A DNA stretch of 63,985 bases, filler included, from Elsinoe ampelina (Eukaryota), in assembly GCA_010093995.1 (NCBI GenBank). It is 4 parts of 3 records of this genome, joined end to end, with 100 filler letters (N's around TTAATTAATTAA, not from the genome) between each part and the next. Parts side by side here need not be neighbours in the genome. Positions count along the whole stretch, not along the records: positions 1 to 31,917 come from ML992511.1; 3 more parts are not named here. The stretch is one strand, 5' to 3'. The position numbers and the translations under genes were made by a program. This document shows positions 1-11,640 of this stretch, in pieces (the first letter of the stretch is position 1; each line of letters starts with the position of its first letter). The notes under the pieces were generated by a model. The model made no database searches. It was not told the origin of the DNA and worked only from the letters and a program-made list of their open reading frames with translations.

Positions 1-750
1 CCTCTAAAGGCTAAGTATTACTATAGGAGATCTACCTATACTAGTAGAAGGTAGGATCTATTAACTTTGTAGTAGTTATTACTAGGCCTAATGTTGCCTT
101 TACTACTTCTAGATTGTTAGAGCATCTAACAAATCCTTTACTAACTTATTAAAGGATAGCAAATAGAGTTATCTAATATCTCTTTAAAACTAAGGATCTA
201 GCTCTTGCCTTTAATAGTTCTATACCACTACTAATCTTCTAGGCCTTATCTAATGCTAGCTTTAGCAGTTACCCTTTAAGGAAGAGTCTTTAAGGCTACC
301 TGTTTAAGATGTTTAGTGGATCTATTAACTAGAAGGCTATAAAGCAGCTAATAGTTATAACCTTAAGCACTAAAGCTAAGCTACTTACTCTTGTAGAAAC
401 CACTAAGCAAGCTATATAGTAGAGGAGGCTAATAGTCTCTATCTATCCCCTAAAGCATGTTAGCATTTAGTGTAATAACTAGCAAACTATTAGACTTATT
501 ACTAGTCTAATTAAGAAGCTTAATATATATCTTCGCTATGTTAATATCTATTATCACTAGCTAAGACAAGAGATTAATCTATCTAGCCCTATCTTAGTGA
601 CATAGACTCCCTTAGTAGACACCTTAGCTAATAGGCTAACAAAGTTACTGTCTCCTAGTAGGTATAAGGCCTTCTTATAGTAGCTATCCCTCGAGCTTAT
701 AGTCTACTAACTAGCAACTGACAGATTTAGAGCTATTTAGTAAAGGGGTG
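1..750 (+). mobile_element. RIP-mutated Ty1/copia retrotransposon (family A), 3' internal region (RT end/RNase H) and polypurine tract
   Basis: TpA-rich, CpA/TpG-poor. De-RIP reading gives copia RNase H motifs: about 313-385 FGGxIDWKAxKQxxVTxSSTEAEL, about 465-650 QCDNQQTI..RHVDIHHHWLRQE..ADGLTK. PPT taaaggggtg at 741-750 abuts an LTR. Confidence 0.9.
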
Positions 751-1010
751 TGTCAACCTCGGCAAGAGCTATAGTGCCAAGAAGGACCCTGATTCAGTTT
801 ACCTAAGGTTAAACTAAGCACTCTTTAACAACTTTACTAGTTTATGATCAATTTGGATAGTTATTGTCTCAATCTGTTACTATTCAGGAGTTCTCTGATT
901 TAGCTATGTCTTAGTTCATCAGGTTAAGTATATATGTAGTTACAATCCACCTAATTTGGGTGGATCAGGCAGTAATAAATCTTCTCTCTCTCTCCCCACA
1001 CAAGTCAACA
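751..1010 (+). repeat. Copia-A 3' LTR (260 bp)
   Basis: Starts tgtcaac, ends gtcaaca, follows the PPT; homologous to 31121-31380 and to the reverse complement of 61631-61890. Confidence 0.92.
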
Positions 1011-1289
1011 GACGGAGAAGGGGGGTCTCTGGTGGTGAGGCTGCGAGTGATGTTATGATTCCAGGCACACGTTTCAGTCGGTACGAGGGAGCCGTGGTCT
1101 GGGACTCGACGCACCCTCGTACTTGATAGGGGAAGTGATGAGATCGAGGTGGAGAAGTGTTGAAGGTGACGCTGGTTGTATTCAAGCAATTTACTATTGA
1201 AAGCCAAGGATTCCACGCGGTGCCGGACAGCCATATCTATGTTCACCCTTACTGCCCAGCCGATGTATCTGTTGTTGACGTGGTGCAGT

Positions 1290-2418
1290 CTACCATGGGC
1301 CCGTCAGAACAACTTTGTTAATCATCCAGGCTGCCTGGCCTACGTCCTTGGCGACTCTGGTGGCCTTGAAAGCGATATCATGCGACTTCTCTGTGGCGTT
1401 GAAGACAATGGGCCCGGTGACTCTGTGCCTCGTAGGGTACTTGGTGTCAGGACGACTCTCGCCGGCGTTACTGAGTCTCGAGAACACACTCTTGCCGTCG
1501 ACCAGGATTTCCCAGCGACACGCCCCCTTCGCCGACGCCGCATCATCGAAGAGACTCATGCAAGACCATCGTTCGTTGAGCCAGATCCGGTACGATGAGC
1601 CAATTGTGAAATTGGCCACTTCTTGCTCCATTGATGCTGTGTTGAGATTCTTGTCATTCCCAATGTTGTAGAGAATGACTTCTGTGATGTTGCCTTTTGT
1701 GTAATCGACCCAAGTTCTGGGCTCGACGACGCCACTGGTCGCATTCCAGGGGGGCATAGTGAGGTTCTGAAGCTTGACGGTGTATGAACCAGTACCCTGG
1801 AAGGTAGGGTTCAAGAAGAAGTTATAAGCGGCAGCGTCCACCGGGGCGATCTGACTCGTGGGAGGATGCAAGGCCTCTTCACAACGTTGCGTGATGGTCG
1901 AGGCAGGAATGCTTGCTGGTGAGACGGTTCGGTTCGCGACCCTGGTCGTGGTAAGCCTCGCGCATGCAAGCAATTTGTTTATCTCCATACTTCTCCCAAG
2001 CCCTGCACCAATCTAGAGGGTCAACGCTTGGGCTGAGAAAGTACCAGCTGATGAAATTCATCGCTTTGACTTGCTTCGAAGGTTTCTTCCCAAGTTTCGC
2101 AGCCTTGCCCTTGAGACTGGACTGAAAGGATTTGTACGACTCGATACAATCGCACGCGGTCAGAACTTGCGCTTCAAAGTAGACCTTACTATTGAGGGAT
2201 AGTGCAAAAGCACGACTAGACAATTGTGAGCGTTGCGCGATGAGGGAACCGGGCAGTGCTTACTCCTTGCGAAGGAACTTGCAGTAGTTGAGCGGCTCTT
2301 TTATTTCTTGCCGGAAACTCTCTACATTCGGGGCATCTTGGCATTGCTTCTTTGTGAATGGTTTGTCGGCAGCTATGACTGTACCCGCCAGGGCGGTGAG
2401 AAGAAGAGAGGCCTTCAT
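1290..2418 (-). CDS. Secreted Cys-containing protein of unknown function, about 343 aa, 3 exons (2418-2264, 2215-1991, 1941-1290)
   Basis: ATG 2418 gives MKASLLLTALAGTVIAA (signal peptide-like). Introns 2263-2216 (gtaagc..ctcac..tag) and 1990-1942 (gtatgg..cttac..cag) join the 1879-2223 and 1290-1988 ORF frames; spliced length 1032 nt. Confidence 0.75.
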
Positions 2419-3685
2419 GGTGGTCCGAAGTCAAGGAACTCTGGTGCTGAGATTGGAGGACTTGTTCTGCAGATCAAGGGGCTCCTCTTTATACTGCACC
2501 AAGGGCCAGGTCATACACATCGACTAGATCGAGCAGTATCAAGACGATGACAACGTCTCGCGTGCCTCCGGCTCCATGCTGCAAGACCTTCCACCTCCGC
2601 GGCTCGTTGGACATCTCCGGACGCCAGTCATACCGTTGTAGTGCTTCATGATCTGAAACGATACTCGCTGTTGAGCTTGAACCAGATGTCACCTTGATGG
2701 TATTGGTCCTGCTAATTGAAAGCTCCGAGATAATGGAAAGTTCGATACCTACTGTTCAGTATTCACCAGATTCCTTCCTGACGACATCGTCTTCCTGATC
2801 GACAACACAGCTATACTCCCATGATGCTTGAGCAAATCCTCTTTCTAGTGCGGCGATATCGCGTGGCCAGAAGATGTTGACATAGAACGTGCAATAGACT
2901 CTACAACGTTTCTCGGCATTGGCTTGGGAGCCCAACGTCGAAGACCGGTATTTCATGCGGCGCAGAGTCTCGCGGCAGGTAGAGATCCAGCTCGACAGGA
3001 CAAGCTAGTGCTCCAGGCTTAGGTTGTTCACGAGAGCAATGTGGTGACAGTGATGTCAAGATTGGAAGACTCAAATGGCGAACTTCCCGACGTTGCCCCG
3101 AGAGACGTCCGACTTTTGAGCACCACCTCAATGCAAGCATTCCACTGTCCTCAACATCGCTTGACAAGCTAGTCCTCGAAGCATTCTCTTCACAAACATG
3201 AATTGTCCCACCTCTGGTTCGCCTCACATCCGGACCACTACCAACTGTCAACCCCACCACCCGTCACGGCTCACCCCACCTCCCAAGCCCCCAGCAACCC
3301 TATATCGACCGTTGCACCGCTCTGTGCCGGAGACACGCGAGCCGCACCCGTTCCACAAGGCTCGATGCGGCGACTGCGCCGTAACGCAACTCTACCCGCA
3401 GCCCAGATAGGACATGAGACTGCTTCATACCACTGAAACCCAACGAGGAGATGTGTCACGACTATTCGTGCCTTCCTGATGCAGTATCTGCTTGTCAGAC
3501 GTTTGTGCTCGGTGGGAGACGAGACACTCGACACGCTTCAGCGCGATGGTGGATGAAGGTAGGTGCAGATGGTGTCGGGTTGGGGCTGGGTCTATTCTAG
3601 CACTGCGTTGGGGGGTATGTCTATGGTACAGTTTTTGTACATGATTCTCGAACACCGCTAAGCTCATTGGGCCACAATAGTCGGA

Positions 3686-6600
3686 TCAAGGCTTGGGCCC
3701 TACGCCGCCTCTCACTCGTGCAGCGGCCTCGTCGTCCTCGAGGGTCCCTCCTGCGAAACCGTAGCTCTCCTTCTTCTTCCTACCCTTGCGGTCGCCGTAT
3801 TGCTCGTCGAACTTTTTGATGGCGTTCAGGCTCCTCATGTCTTCGCTGATGCTGGCGCTGATTTCCTGGATCGCTTTGTCGAAGTGCTCTGTCCGTAGCG
3901 TGCGCTTGTCGGGGAGTCGAAAGTCCTTGTCTTCTTTGTGTTTCGCGAGAAGCTCGTTCTCTTCTTTGACGGCGGCGAGGGCGGCCGCCACGCAGACGTT
4001 CTTGAGGTCACTGCCGGAGTAGAATGGCGTTTGTTCTGCGAGCTTGGAAAGGGAGACTTGTTCGTGTAGAGTCTCACCCGTGAGATGAATACGGAGAATG
4101 CTCTCTCTGTCGGTCTTTGTTGGTAGATCAACCAGTATGCGGCGAGGAAGGCGGCGGAGGACAGCGTCATCTAGTCGTGTTAGCATAGCTCACCCTACAG
4201 ATCCAGGCAGACTTACCAATCTCGAAAGGTCGATTGCTGGCCACCATCAAGAAGACGTTGTGGTCATCCATGCCATCCCACTCTCGCAAGAACTGATTGA
4301 TAATTTCTCTGTGAGTCGTCCTGTTTCCACTTTGACCTCTACTCCCAAATAGTGCATCCGCTTCGTCAATGAAGACGACGCACGGACTCAATCGTTTGGC
4401 CAGACTGAAGACTGCGCGAACCATCTTCTCTCCCTCACCGACATACTTCTCATATACTTGTGCACCACTGACTTCCAGCACAGTCGCTTGAGCATCCTTT
4501 GCTACAGCTTTGGCGAGCAGCGTCTTTCCGGTTCCAGGAGGTCCGTACAGGAGAAGGCCCGTGAGTCGGTCCTTGGCTAATACACCATACTGGAAAGCTT
4601 CGGGTCTCATGAGCGCCAGCGTAGTAACCATCTTCAGCGCATCGATTGTCTCCGGTGACACATGCACATCATCGTAAGTCGTCTTAATATTCGCCGGATC
4701 TACGATTCCGGAGAACAGGCGCTGCTCATGTTTCGAGGCAAACTTGCGGAGCTCTTCCAGGTTGGTACGATTCCCACCTGCTTGAGGCTTGCGAGGCGCA
4801 GATTCCTCGGGTTGAGAATAGACAGTGCCTGCTCGAGGTACCGGTTGACCTCGTTGTTGTGTGTTGACATTGATATTCTTGGAACTCTGGTCGACCACAT
4901 CGTTGATGGAAAGCGCAATTGCCAAATGAGGCATCTCTAGTTCTTTACTATTGGTGTACAATGAGCGGAATCCTTCGGCCGTGAGGACGATTCCTTGGAT
5001 TTGGCTCGGGGAAAGAACAGATTCGCCCAGTCTTTGAGTCCTTGGTGCGTACAGGAAGCTCCGAGTGATCTCACCAAAGAATTGTGGCGAGCAGGGTATG
5101 CCTAGTCTCGTGATAAGATCCTGCACATTGCGAAGATTGAGCTCAAGTATTCGTCGATAACCTGGTTCGACGGGATAAGTCGGGACAAATGCCGGATTCT
5201 GGACCGCACTGAAAGGCGAAGGCGCATAGGTGAGCTTCAGGAAGCCCTCTTCCCGGTCCAAGTCGTTCTCTTCCAATAGCCCTAATGGCGTTGTTACATC
5301 GCCAGAAAACTCCGCATCTGTGCCAACAATCAAGATTTTTTCGCCATTCTTTTGTCGAGTTTGTACAGCATGCTTCAAAAGCTTGATGATATCTTCACCA
5401 TGTGTGGACTCGTAGATGAGAGAAATATCTCTCAGATGCACAATGGTACCCGAAGACTGCCCAACGTTGATCGATTGCTGCAGAGTGTGCTTCTTGACAA
5501 CAGCAGTAGCAGGCTTGTCCCCGCCAAAGGTGGCATGCACATGGTGAGCGAGCTGTAATCGAAGGCTATCACCTGCCAGCTTTTGTCTGCCGTATCGTTT
5601 TGTCAAGTCCGCCCTCCTTTCAGTGGTGGCATCAACCAGCTCTCTCCTGGTGTCCGGGTTTTTGAACTGCGACTTGATGTCCGCGAACTTCTCGCGGAGG
5701 AAGCTCTGTGGCACAGCATCCAGCGCCTTTCCCCTGGCCTGCGTTGGTGCGTTGAGTAAGCTCTCGAAGAACTGCTTAAGCTTCAGTCGCTGCCATCGAT
5801 CGAGTTCTGGTAAATCTTCTTCATCAATGTGTTTCGAATCTTGCTGCGAATGGCCTTGTTGCTGCATAAGACTCTGTCCTGGCATCCCTGCAGGACCTGC
5901 CATTCCTACACTCACTCCAACCACCTGAGTACTGAGCATTTGCTCAAGCCGCTTCCTAAGCTGCTTCATGACATCCGAGTTGCCAGACCTCAAAGCGTCC
6001 ATGTCAATCGTGATCGGCTCTACACCTTCCCTCGATTGCTCCCCAGCGTCTCGAGCGTCGTTCTGGTCAACAGGTGGGGGAGGGGCAGGATATTCCTTCA
6101 TCGAACTCATTTGACCTCCCTCATAAGCATCATAAGCAAGTCCGCCGATGCTATTCCTGCCATGGTCGGCGGGATCGATATAGTCGCCGGCCAACTCTGC
6201 AATGTCGGAGGCATCTATACGAATAATATCGGCGCGAGCCAGGTCCGCAGCATCTTCGACGAATCTGTCTAGCTCATCGTGAGCTGTGGTCTCTGGACTG
6301 AAGACTACGAGGTTTCGCGGCGAAGCTTTGCTTTCCGGTCGGCCCATACTCTGGAAGGTTGCGTAGATAATCATTTGAGCTTGTAGTCGTGCCCACGAAG
6401 CGTCGTCCATGACTTGCTTCAGCGGTGGAAGTTCAAGCTTTGTCTCCGTCTTCTTGTCACTTCCTTGCTCTGCCTGTTGCGAAACTGGCTTCTGCTCTTC
6501 CTCCTTCTTCAAATGCTCTTCAGCCCGCTCAATCATCTTCTCATGTCTCGCCGTAACTCCTTTAATATCGTCGGAACTGTTGAAGAACGAATTCGGTATC

Positions 6601-7082
6601 CGCGTATCCTTCATCTGTTGTATGATCTCCTTTGCATTGAAAGGCTCCACGTACGGAATCGCAAGGAGTTCGGAATCATTATACGGATCCAGAAGGTACA
6701 AGGCCCGGGCCTGATCAGCACGCTGGTCCTCCTGCAACTCAGCCTCTTGAAGTCTGACATTGTACTTGAGGAACCAGTCTGGTAGTGGCGGCGGTGGTGG
6801 AATGCCGTTCGAGACACTCTCTCGTGACCGTCCTCTGTTGCGAGAAGGCCGTTCCTGCGTTGAAGGTTTTGCTGGGGGACTCGGCTCTGTAGCTGCAGTC
6901 GCGTTCCATCTTACTTGACTTGCACGAATCCCGCTCGTTATTGTCGTAGGTGGGGCGCGACTATCTCGAGGCTGGGTCCGATACCGAGGTCTCGATCGTG
7001 ATGAGAAACGCTGCACGATACACTCGTCAAGGTTTCTGTGTGGTAGCTGACGCAATGAAGAGCGCCATGCGTTTGAGCGCAT
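3686..7082 (-). CDS. AAA+ ATPase of the Msp1/ATAD1/spastin-like group with long N-terminal region, probably mitochondrial
   Basis: Walker A GPPGTGKT, Walker B VFIDEAD, ASNRPF; intron 4216-4171 (gtaagt..ctaac..tag) gives PFEIDDAVLRRLPRR; Arg-rich N-terminus from ATG 7082. Confidence 0.92.
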
Positions 7083-7552
7083 CCGTATGTCTTGGAAGTC
7101 CTCGTAAAGTAAGCCGTGCAAGGAAAATCGGATGAGCAAATTCCCTGAGGCGACTCAATACAGTGATACCATCACCGCAGAAATTCATCCATTGGCCTTG
7201 GCATATCACGGACTTAACGGAGAAAACATGGAGAACGGTGAAGGGACACATAACATTGATACGAGCTCTTGAGGTTGACTCCTCATTCATTCCATGGCTA
7301 CAGCGTTTGTGGATCGCTCCTGTCGTATGCCCCGAAACATTGAAGCATTTTGCTGTCCGAGTCATATATGTACATTGCCCTACGTACTTTCATCAGTCCT
7401 CGCAGATGCTGGACGCTGTACCCTGCGCGGGTTTCTCAGAGATGGTCTCAACTGACTGTCGGTCGGCTGATTGTGACATCTCCACATCAACTACACCTTC
7501 TTGGCCAACTTCTCTATTGTTGTTCAACTGGATTTGTCATCTGAAATTGCCT

Positions 7553-8137
7553 TCATGACACTCTCGGTGCGAGCTCTGATTCTTCTGCTGTAGGGACATC
7601 CGCGTCCTCGACCTCTCGCGCTTGCACCTGCGCCTTGCTCGCTTCTAATAGCGCTCTTTGCTCGGCGGCTGCCAGTCTCTTGTAACCCCGGCTCGATAGC
7701 AGCTTACAACGTAATTTCCACCCTTCCATACCAAGATCTCTTATCCGCGACGGTTTGCTCCCCAAAAGGTATGCATCGATTCCACCAACCTTGTCTATTG
7801 TTCTAAGAACTCTGGTTGTCATTTTGATGCGTACCATCTTGCCGAGAAGCGTCGATCTGAGGTTTCGAGTAACCAGATTCGGGTGCCATGATCGTCGGGT
7901 TTTTCTTTCACTCTTCTCTCCAACGTTGTTTCCGAACCTGATCATTTGAGTTCCATAGAGTCCTTTGTTGGCCTGCTTGTACCATTGAACTGGTCCGTAA
8001 GGATATGGTGGTACATCGGCATGCCGTGTGGCCAGCGAATTGGTGTGAGACTTCCAACAGCATTGCGCGGACACGCTGAATGATCGAGCCTGCTGTGATA
8101 TCGGCTGCAACAGTCGGCTGGGTATTCGTAAAGCCAT
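7553..8137 (-). CDS. MRPL24: Mitochondrial large-subunit ribosomal protein bL28m
   Basis: PPYPYG..WYKQANKGLYG..RFGNNV..KTRRSWHPN..VLRTIDKVGGIDAYLL; presequence-like start MALRIPSRLL at 8137. Confidence 0.9.
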   Translation of the reverse strand: MALRIPSRLLQPISQQARSFSVSAQCCWKSHTNSLATRHADVPPYPYGPVQWYKQANKGLYGTQMIRFGNNVGEKSERKTRRSWHPNLVTRNLRSTLLGKMVRIKMTTRVLRTIDKVGGIDAYLLGSKPSRIRDLGMEGWKLRCKLLSSRGYKRLAAAEQRALLEASKAQVQAREVEDADVPTAEESELAPRVS

Positions 8138-8399
8138 GGTGATGTATTTGAAGGTGCTACTTTGCAGCAAAAGAATTGCAGCTATGGATTGAGGTCAAGC
8201 TGCGCTCGAGCAGATCTAGCTCACCGTTTGCCTCGCCCAATCGGAGAGCGCTGATTCATACAGATTCAAGCGTCATACCGCAGCAGACCGCATGGCAGCA
8301 TTTCAAAGCAGACACGTTCTTCCCTACCTACATTTTCTGGACCTGTTCTGCAACCTAGCTCGATGTCACCTCAACAATAACACTCTTCACACATCCGTC

Positions 8400-9219
8400 A
8401 TGGCAACGACAAGAACAGCCGTGCCAGCGCTACAGAATATCTTCAGATTCGCCTCTCCAAATTTACCTGCCGCGGCCAACAAATGCCCTCGATGCTGTCG
8501 CCCATTCTCTTCTGCCAGCCTCTACCGTCAATCATCCAAACGTCAATTACAGACCGCTACCGTACATCGACCGCAAAGCCTTGATTCGCATATCCCGGTG
8601 CCCCCCCGAAATGCTGGTGTGCCCGAGTCTTCAATAGCGGGAGGGGTATCCAAGGTCGATAGATGGCCATCCTTTCCGTCGCAGCCAAAGCTGGAAAGCC
8701 AATTACAGCACAACATAGAAAGTTCGCCGGCGATAGAAAAGGATCTCCGACGGAGTAATGAACAAAAAGCAACTACAGCAACAACCACAACAACCAAGCC
8801 TGAAGCAAGCACACGTCCTCGAAAGAGCAAGCTACGCCCCCGGAAAGCCGCGATGGTACTCACACCCAAGGCTGTCTCTCAATTACGGGAGCTGTTAGAT
8901 CAGCCAGAGCCGAAGCTTATCAGAGTTGGCGTCAAGAATCGTGGATGTTCGGGGCTGGCGTATCATTTGGAGTATGTGGACAAGCCAGCTGCATTCGACG
9001 AGGCTGTCGAGCAGGATGGCGTCAAGGTCCTGATTGATAGCAAGGCGCTATTCAGTATCATTGGGAGCGAGATGGACTGGATTGAGGATAAGCTGAACCA
9101 GCGATTCGTCTTCAAGAATCCTAACATAAGTGAGTGATCTTGAATCTGCACTAGAGCCACACCACTAACAAGTTGTAGCGGAACAATGTGGGTGCGGCGA
9201 GAGCTTCTCGATATCATGA
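8400..9219 (+). CDS. ISA1: Mitochondrial iron-sulfur cluster assembly protein Isa1 (HesB/IscA family)
   Basis: RVGVKNRGCSGLAYHLEYV; intron 9130-9178 (gtgagt..ctaac..tag) adds the C-terminal EQCGCGESF, stop at 9219. Confidence 0.95.
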
Positions 9220-9292
9220 GACACGACAACAATAGACTAGCATATATACTGTGGATACCCTGCATGGCCCTGAATACAAACACATGGACGGC

Positions 9293-9723
9293 TCAAAGCA
9301 CTCCGGGCGTGAAATCGACGACTCGAGCTCCGGAAACCAAATCCTTGATGCTCGCCACGAACTCAAGGTGGGCCGGATCCTCCTTGACGTAGTAGTTCCT
9401 GTCTTCCTCGCTATCGAACTCGAAGACGAATCCGTGGGTGGAGCCGCCCTGCCAAATGTCAGTTCAGGCTAGACGCTTGAGAGGAGCAGTGTGTACTTGG
9501 AGTCCCTCGGGACTATTGTCACGGCCCCCGCCGTAAGATTTGACATAAAGTTGACCAGTCCTGGGATGCTTGCATCTGTCTTTTAATGCCAGCATTCTTT
9601 GGCACGCCTGTATGGAAACATGAACTTGGGAGCATTTCGCTACTGCAGAGTCCTTACAGCAGTGACGTCTTCATTTGACGCTGCAGAATTGAATTCGAAC
9701 AATACAATGTGAATGACCGCCAT
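9293..9723 (-). CDS. Stress-responsive A/B barrel (Dabb) protein, about 110 aa, 3 exons; not in the ORF track
   Basis: Spliced reading MAVIHIVLFEF../ACQRMLALKDRCKHP..GGRDNSPEGLQ/GGSTHGFVFEFDSEEDRNYYVKEDPAHLEFV..VVDFTPGVL*, with introns gtaagg..cag and gtacac..ctgac..cag. Confidence 0.88.
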
Positions 9724-10027
9724 GTTATCGACCTTGTCAGAGTAGACGTTGAATCAAGTTGGTGTAAAGAGAGCAGCCAACAAGTGCTCATCCATGACGA
9801 AGACCTGACATACCTAAAGCGGTCAAGTGCCGCGTACTATTACTTCAGGAAATTATGTCGTGGAGAGCATCACCATCTATACTCCTACATTGTATGACAA
9901 CGCCCAACCTATCGCGATATCTGACGTGATTTATATCAAAAGTCAAAATCGACAATGAAATCGCTATAAGATTGTGATCCCCAGCAACCCTGGCTCCAGA
10001 GGGACTCTGCTCTCGACTTGGCCCAGT

Positions 10028-10933
10028 ATGGCTGGCAAGCAGTCCGAGTCGCCAGCATCGCGACCGGTGGACCTTGTCATACGCTTCACCACGTCAATAC
10101 CAGATCTGGTCATCACTATTAGCTCGCCAGGCAGCACGAGTACGCTGTCGGTCAAGCGACTTATCCGAACCCAGCTGCCAGACGCGGTCAAAGCATGTCG
10201 CTTGCGCCTCATCTCCGCTGGAAAGGTGCTCGCGGACGATAAGGCCGTCTCACAGTCGATCTCAATTCCTCACGCGCCGCCTCGGACGACTACCGGCCAT
10301 GGCACAGATTCAAAGGGCAAAGGGAAAGCACCAATCCGGTCATCCCCACCCCCGCAGCCTAATGCACGAGTCTATATCCACTGCTCAATCGGTGACCCTC
10401 TCACTGGAACGGAGCTAGATGATGAAGCAAAGCAAGCAGAAGCTGCAGACTCAAAGCTAAATGCCAGCGTGGAGTCAGCAGTCCCTGCGCCAGTGGAAAC
10501 GAACGAGAACGACCGAAAGAAATTGACACGAGCAGCACCCCGAGGCTTCGATAGACTGCTCGCTTCTGGCTTCAATCCAGACGAAGTAGCTACTCTGAGG
10601 ACACAATTCATGGCGATCCAAGCACACACGCATACCCCGGACACAATGCCATCAGGAGACGAGCTCCGAGCGCTCGAAGATCGTTGGCTAGACAACGACA
10701 TGGGTACAGGCACTGGCGGAGCTGCCGGGGCTGATGGCGAAGGAGGCTTTGGCGCTGAGGACGGCGGTCTTGAGGATATGCTTTGGGGCAACATCATGGG
10801 TTTCTTCTGGCCAATAGCAGCGGTCTGCTGGCTCATGCGCGAGGAGGGAGTGTGGAGCCGCAGACGCCAAATCGCAGTCTTGAGTGGAATGCTGGTCAAC
10901 ATTACTTTTGGCTTCCTCAGGCTTACGAATTGA
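10028..10933 (+). CDS. DSC3: Dsc E3 ubiquitin ligase complex subunit 3 (ubiquitin-like N-domain, C-terminal TM pair)
   Basis: VIRFTTSIPDL..RLRLISAGKVL, YIHCSIGD, PRGFDRLLASGF..LRTQF, LEDRW, WGNIMGFFWP. Confidence 0.85.
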   Translation: MAGKQSESPASRPVDLVIRFTTSIPDLVITISSPGSTSTLSVKRLIRTQLPDAVKACRLRLISAGKVLADDKAVSQSISIPHAPPRTTTGHGTDSKGKGKAPIRSSPPPQPNARVYIHCSIGDPLTGTELDDEAKQAEAADSKLNASVESAVPAPVETNENDRKKLTRAAPRGFDRLLASGFNPDEVATLRTQFMAIQAHTHTPDTMPSGDELRALEDRWLDNDMGTGTGGAAGADGEGGFGAEDGGLEDMLWGNIMGFFWPIAAVCWLMREEGVWSRRRQIAVLSGMLVNITFGFLRLTN

Positions 10934-11640
10934 GGAGGCAGAGCTTGCCATTGGTCAAAGCAACTGGGCAGAGATGCAGTGCATGCCTGACGCAGCTTGG
11001 ACCACGTTATCTGGACACCTGGCGAGGATCACAAGGAATATGGAAACTCACGGAGCACGACACGCTTGGTCAAAGGTATCCTCTCGTGGCAGGATGAAGC
11101 AAAATCTCTCAGGATGTGCCGAGAAATAAAGACGAGGTCTTTCATTTTGGTGAGCTGAACGATACAGTCACCGCCAATGCAATTCGAGAATGGATCTCGA
11201 AAAAGCATCCTCTAATCCAAGGTGGGCCTGAAGGTTTGACCCCAGCTATTCACTATAGAGGTAATGGGTCACACGACAGGGTCACCTATCGTAGTAACAA
11301 GCATGTTGCGCGAAGCAGTCGTATTTCCACGAAGGGTCGGGAATCGTGGAGTGACGGGTCGAACAATTCAAGAAGGGGCGATCACTCGACCAACACAATC
11401 AATGATGCCATCAAATGGCCTCCGACTCGTTGTGAGAGAGGAATCTCTCTATCATCCGCATCGTTATCAGGGGTCCTCAGAACTATCTATCACTTGGGAA
11501 CTTTAACAATACGTCTCAAAACCGAGCACCTTTCCACCTGTCGAGGAGTCGTCTTCCTCCTCTCATCTCACGAATTCCAATTGGCCATTTCTCGTCTCAT
11601 TTCATATCTCGATCCTCTCTTTACTACAATTCGATTTGAC

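Noticed and set aside
940..1246. Short ORFs running into the Copia-A LTR (also 31002-31187 and 61449-61715)
   Set aside because: They cross LTR boundaries and show no recognisable motif; probably chance ORFs.
2489..3667. Several 65-120 aa ORFs between the secreted gene and the AAA ATPase
   Set aside because: No motif or consistent splice model found; a degenerate gene cannot be excluded.
11116..11640. 5' part of the 230-aa ORF upstream of the permease
   Set aside because: Non-ATG start and a pyrimidine-rich leader-like tract; only the part from ATG 11641 fits the permease model.
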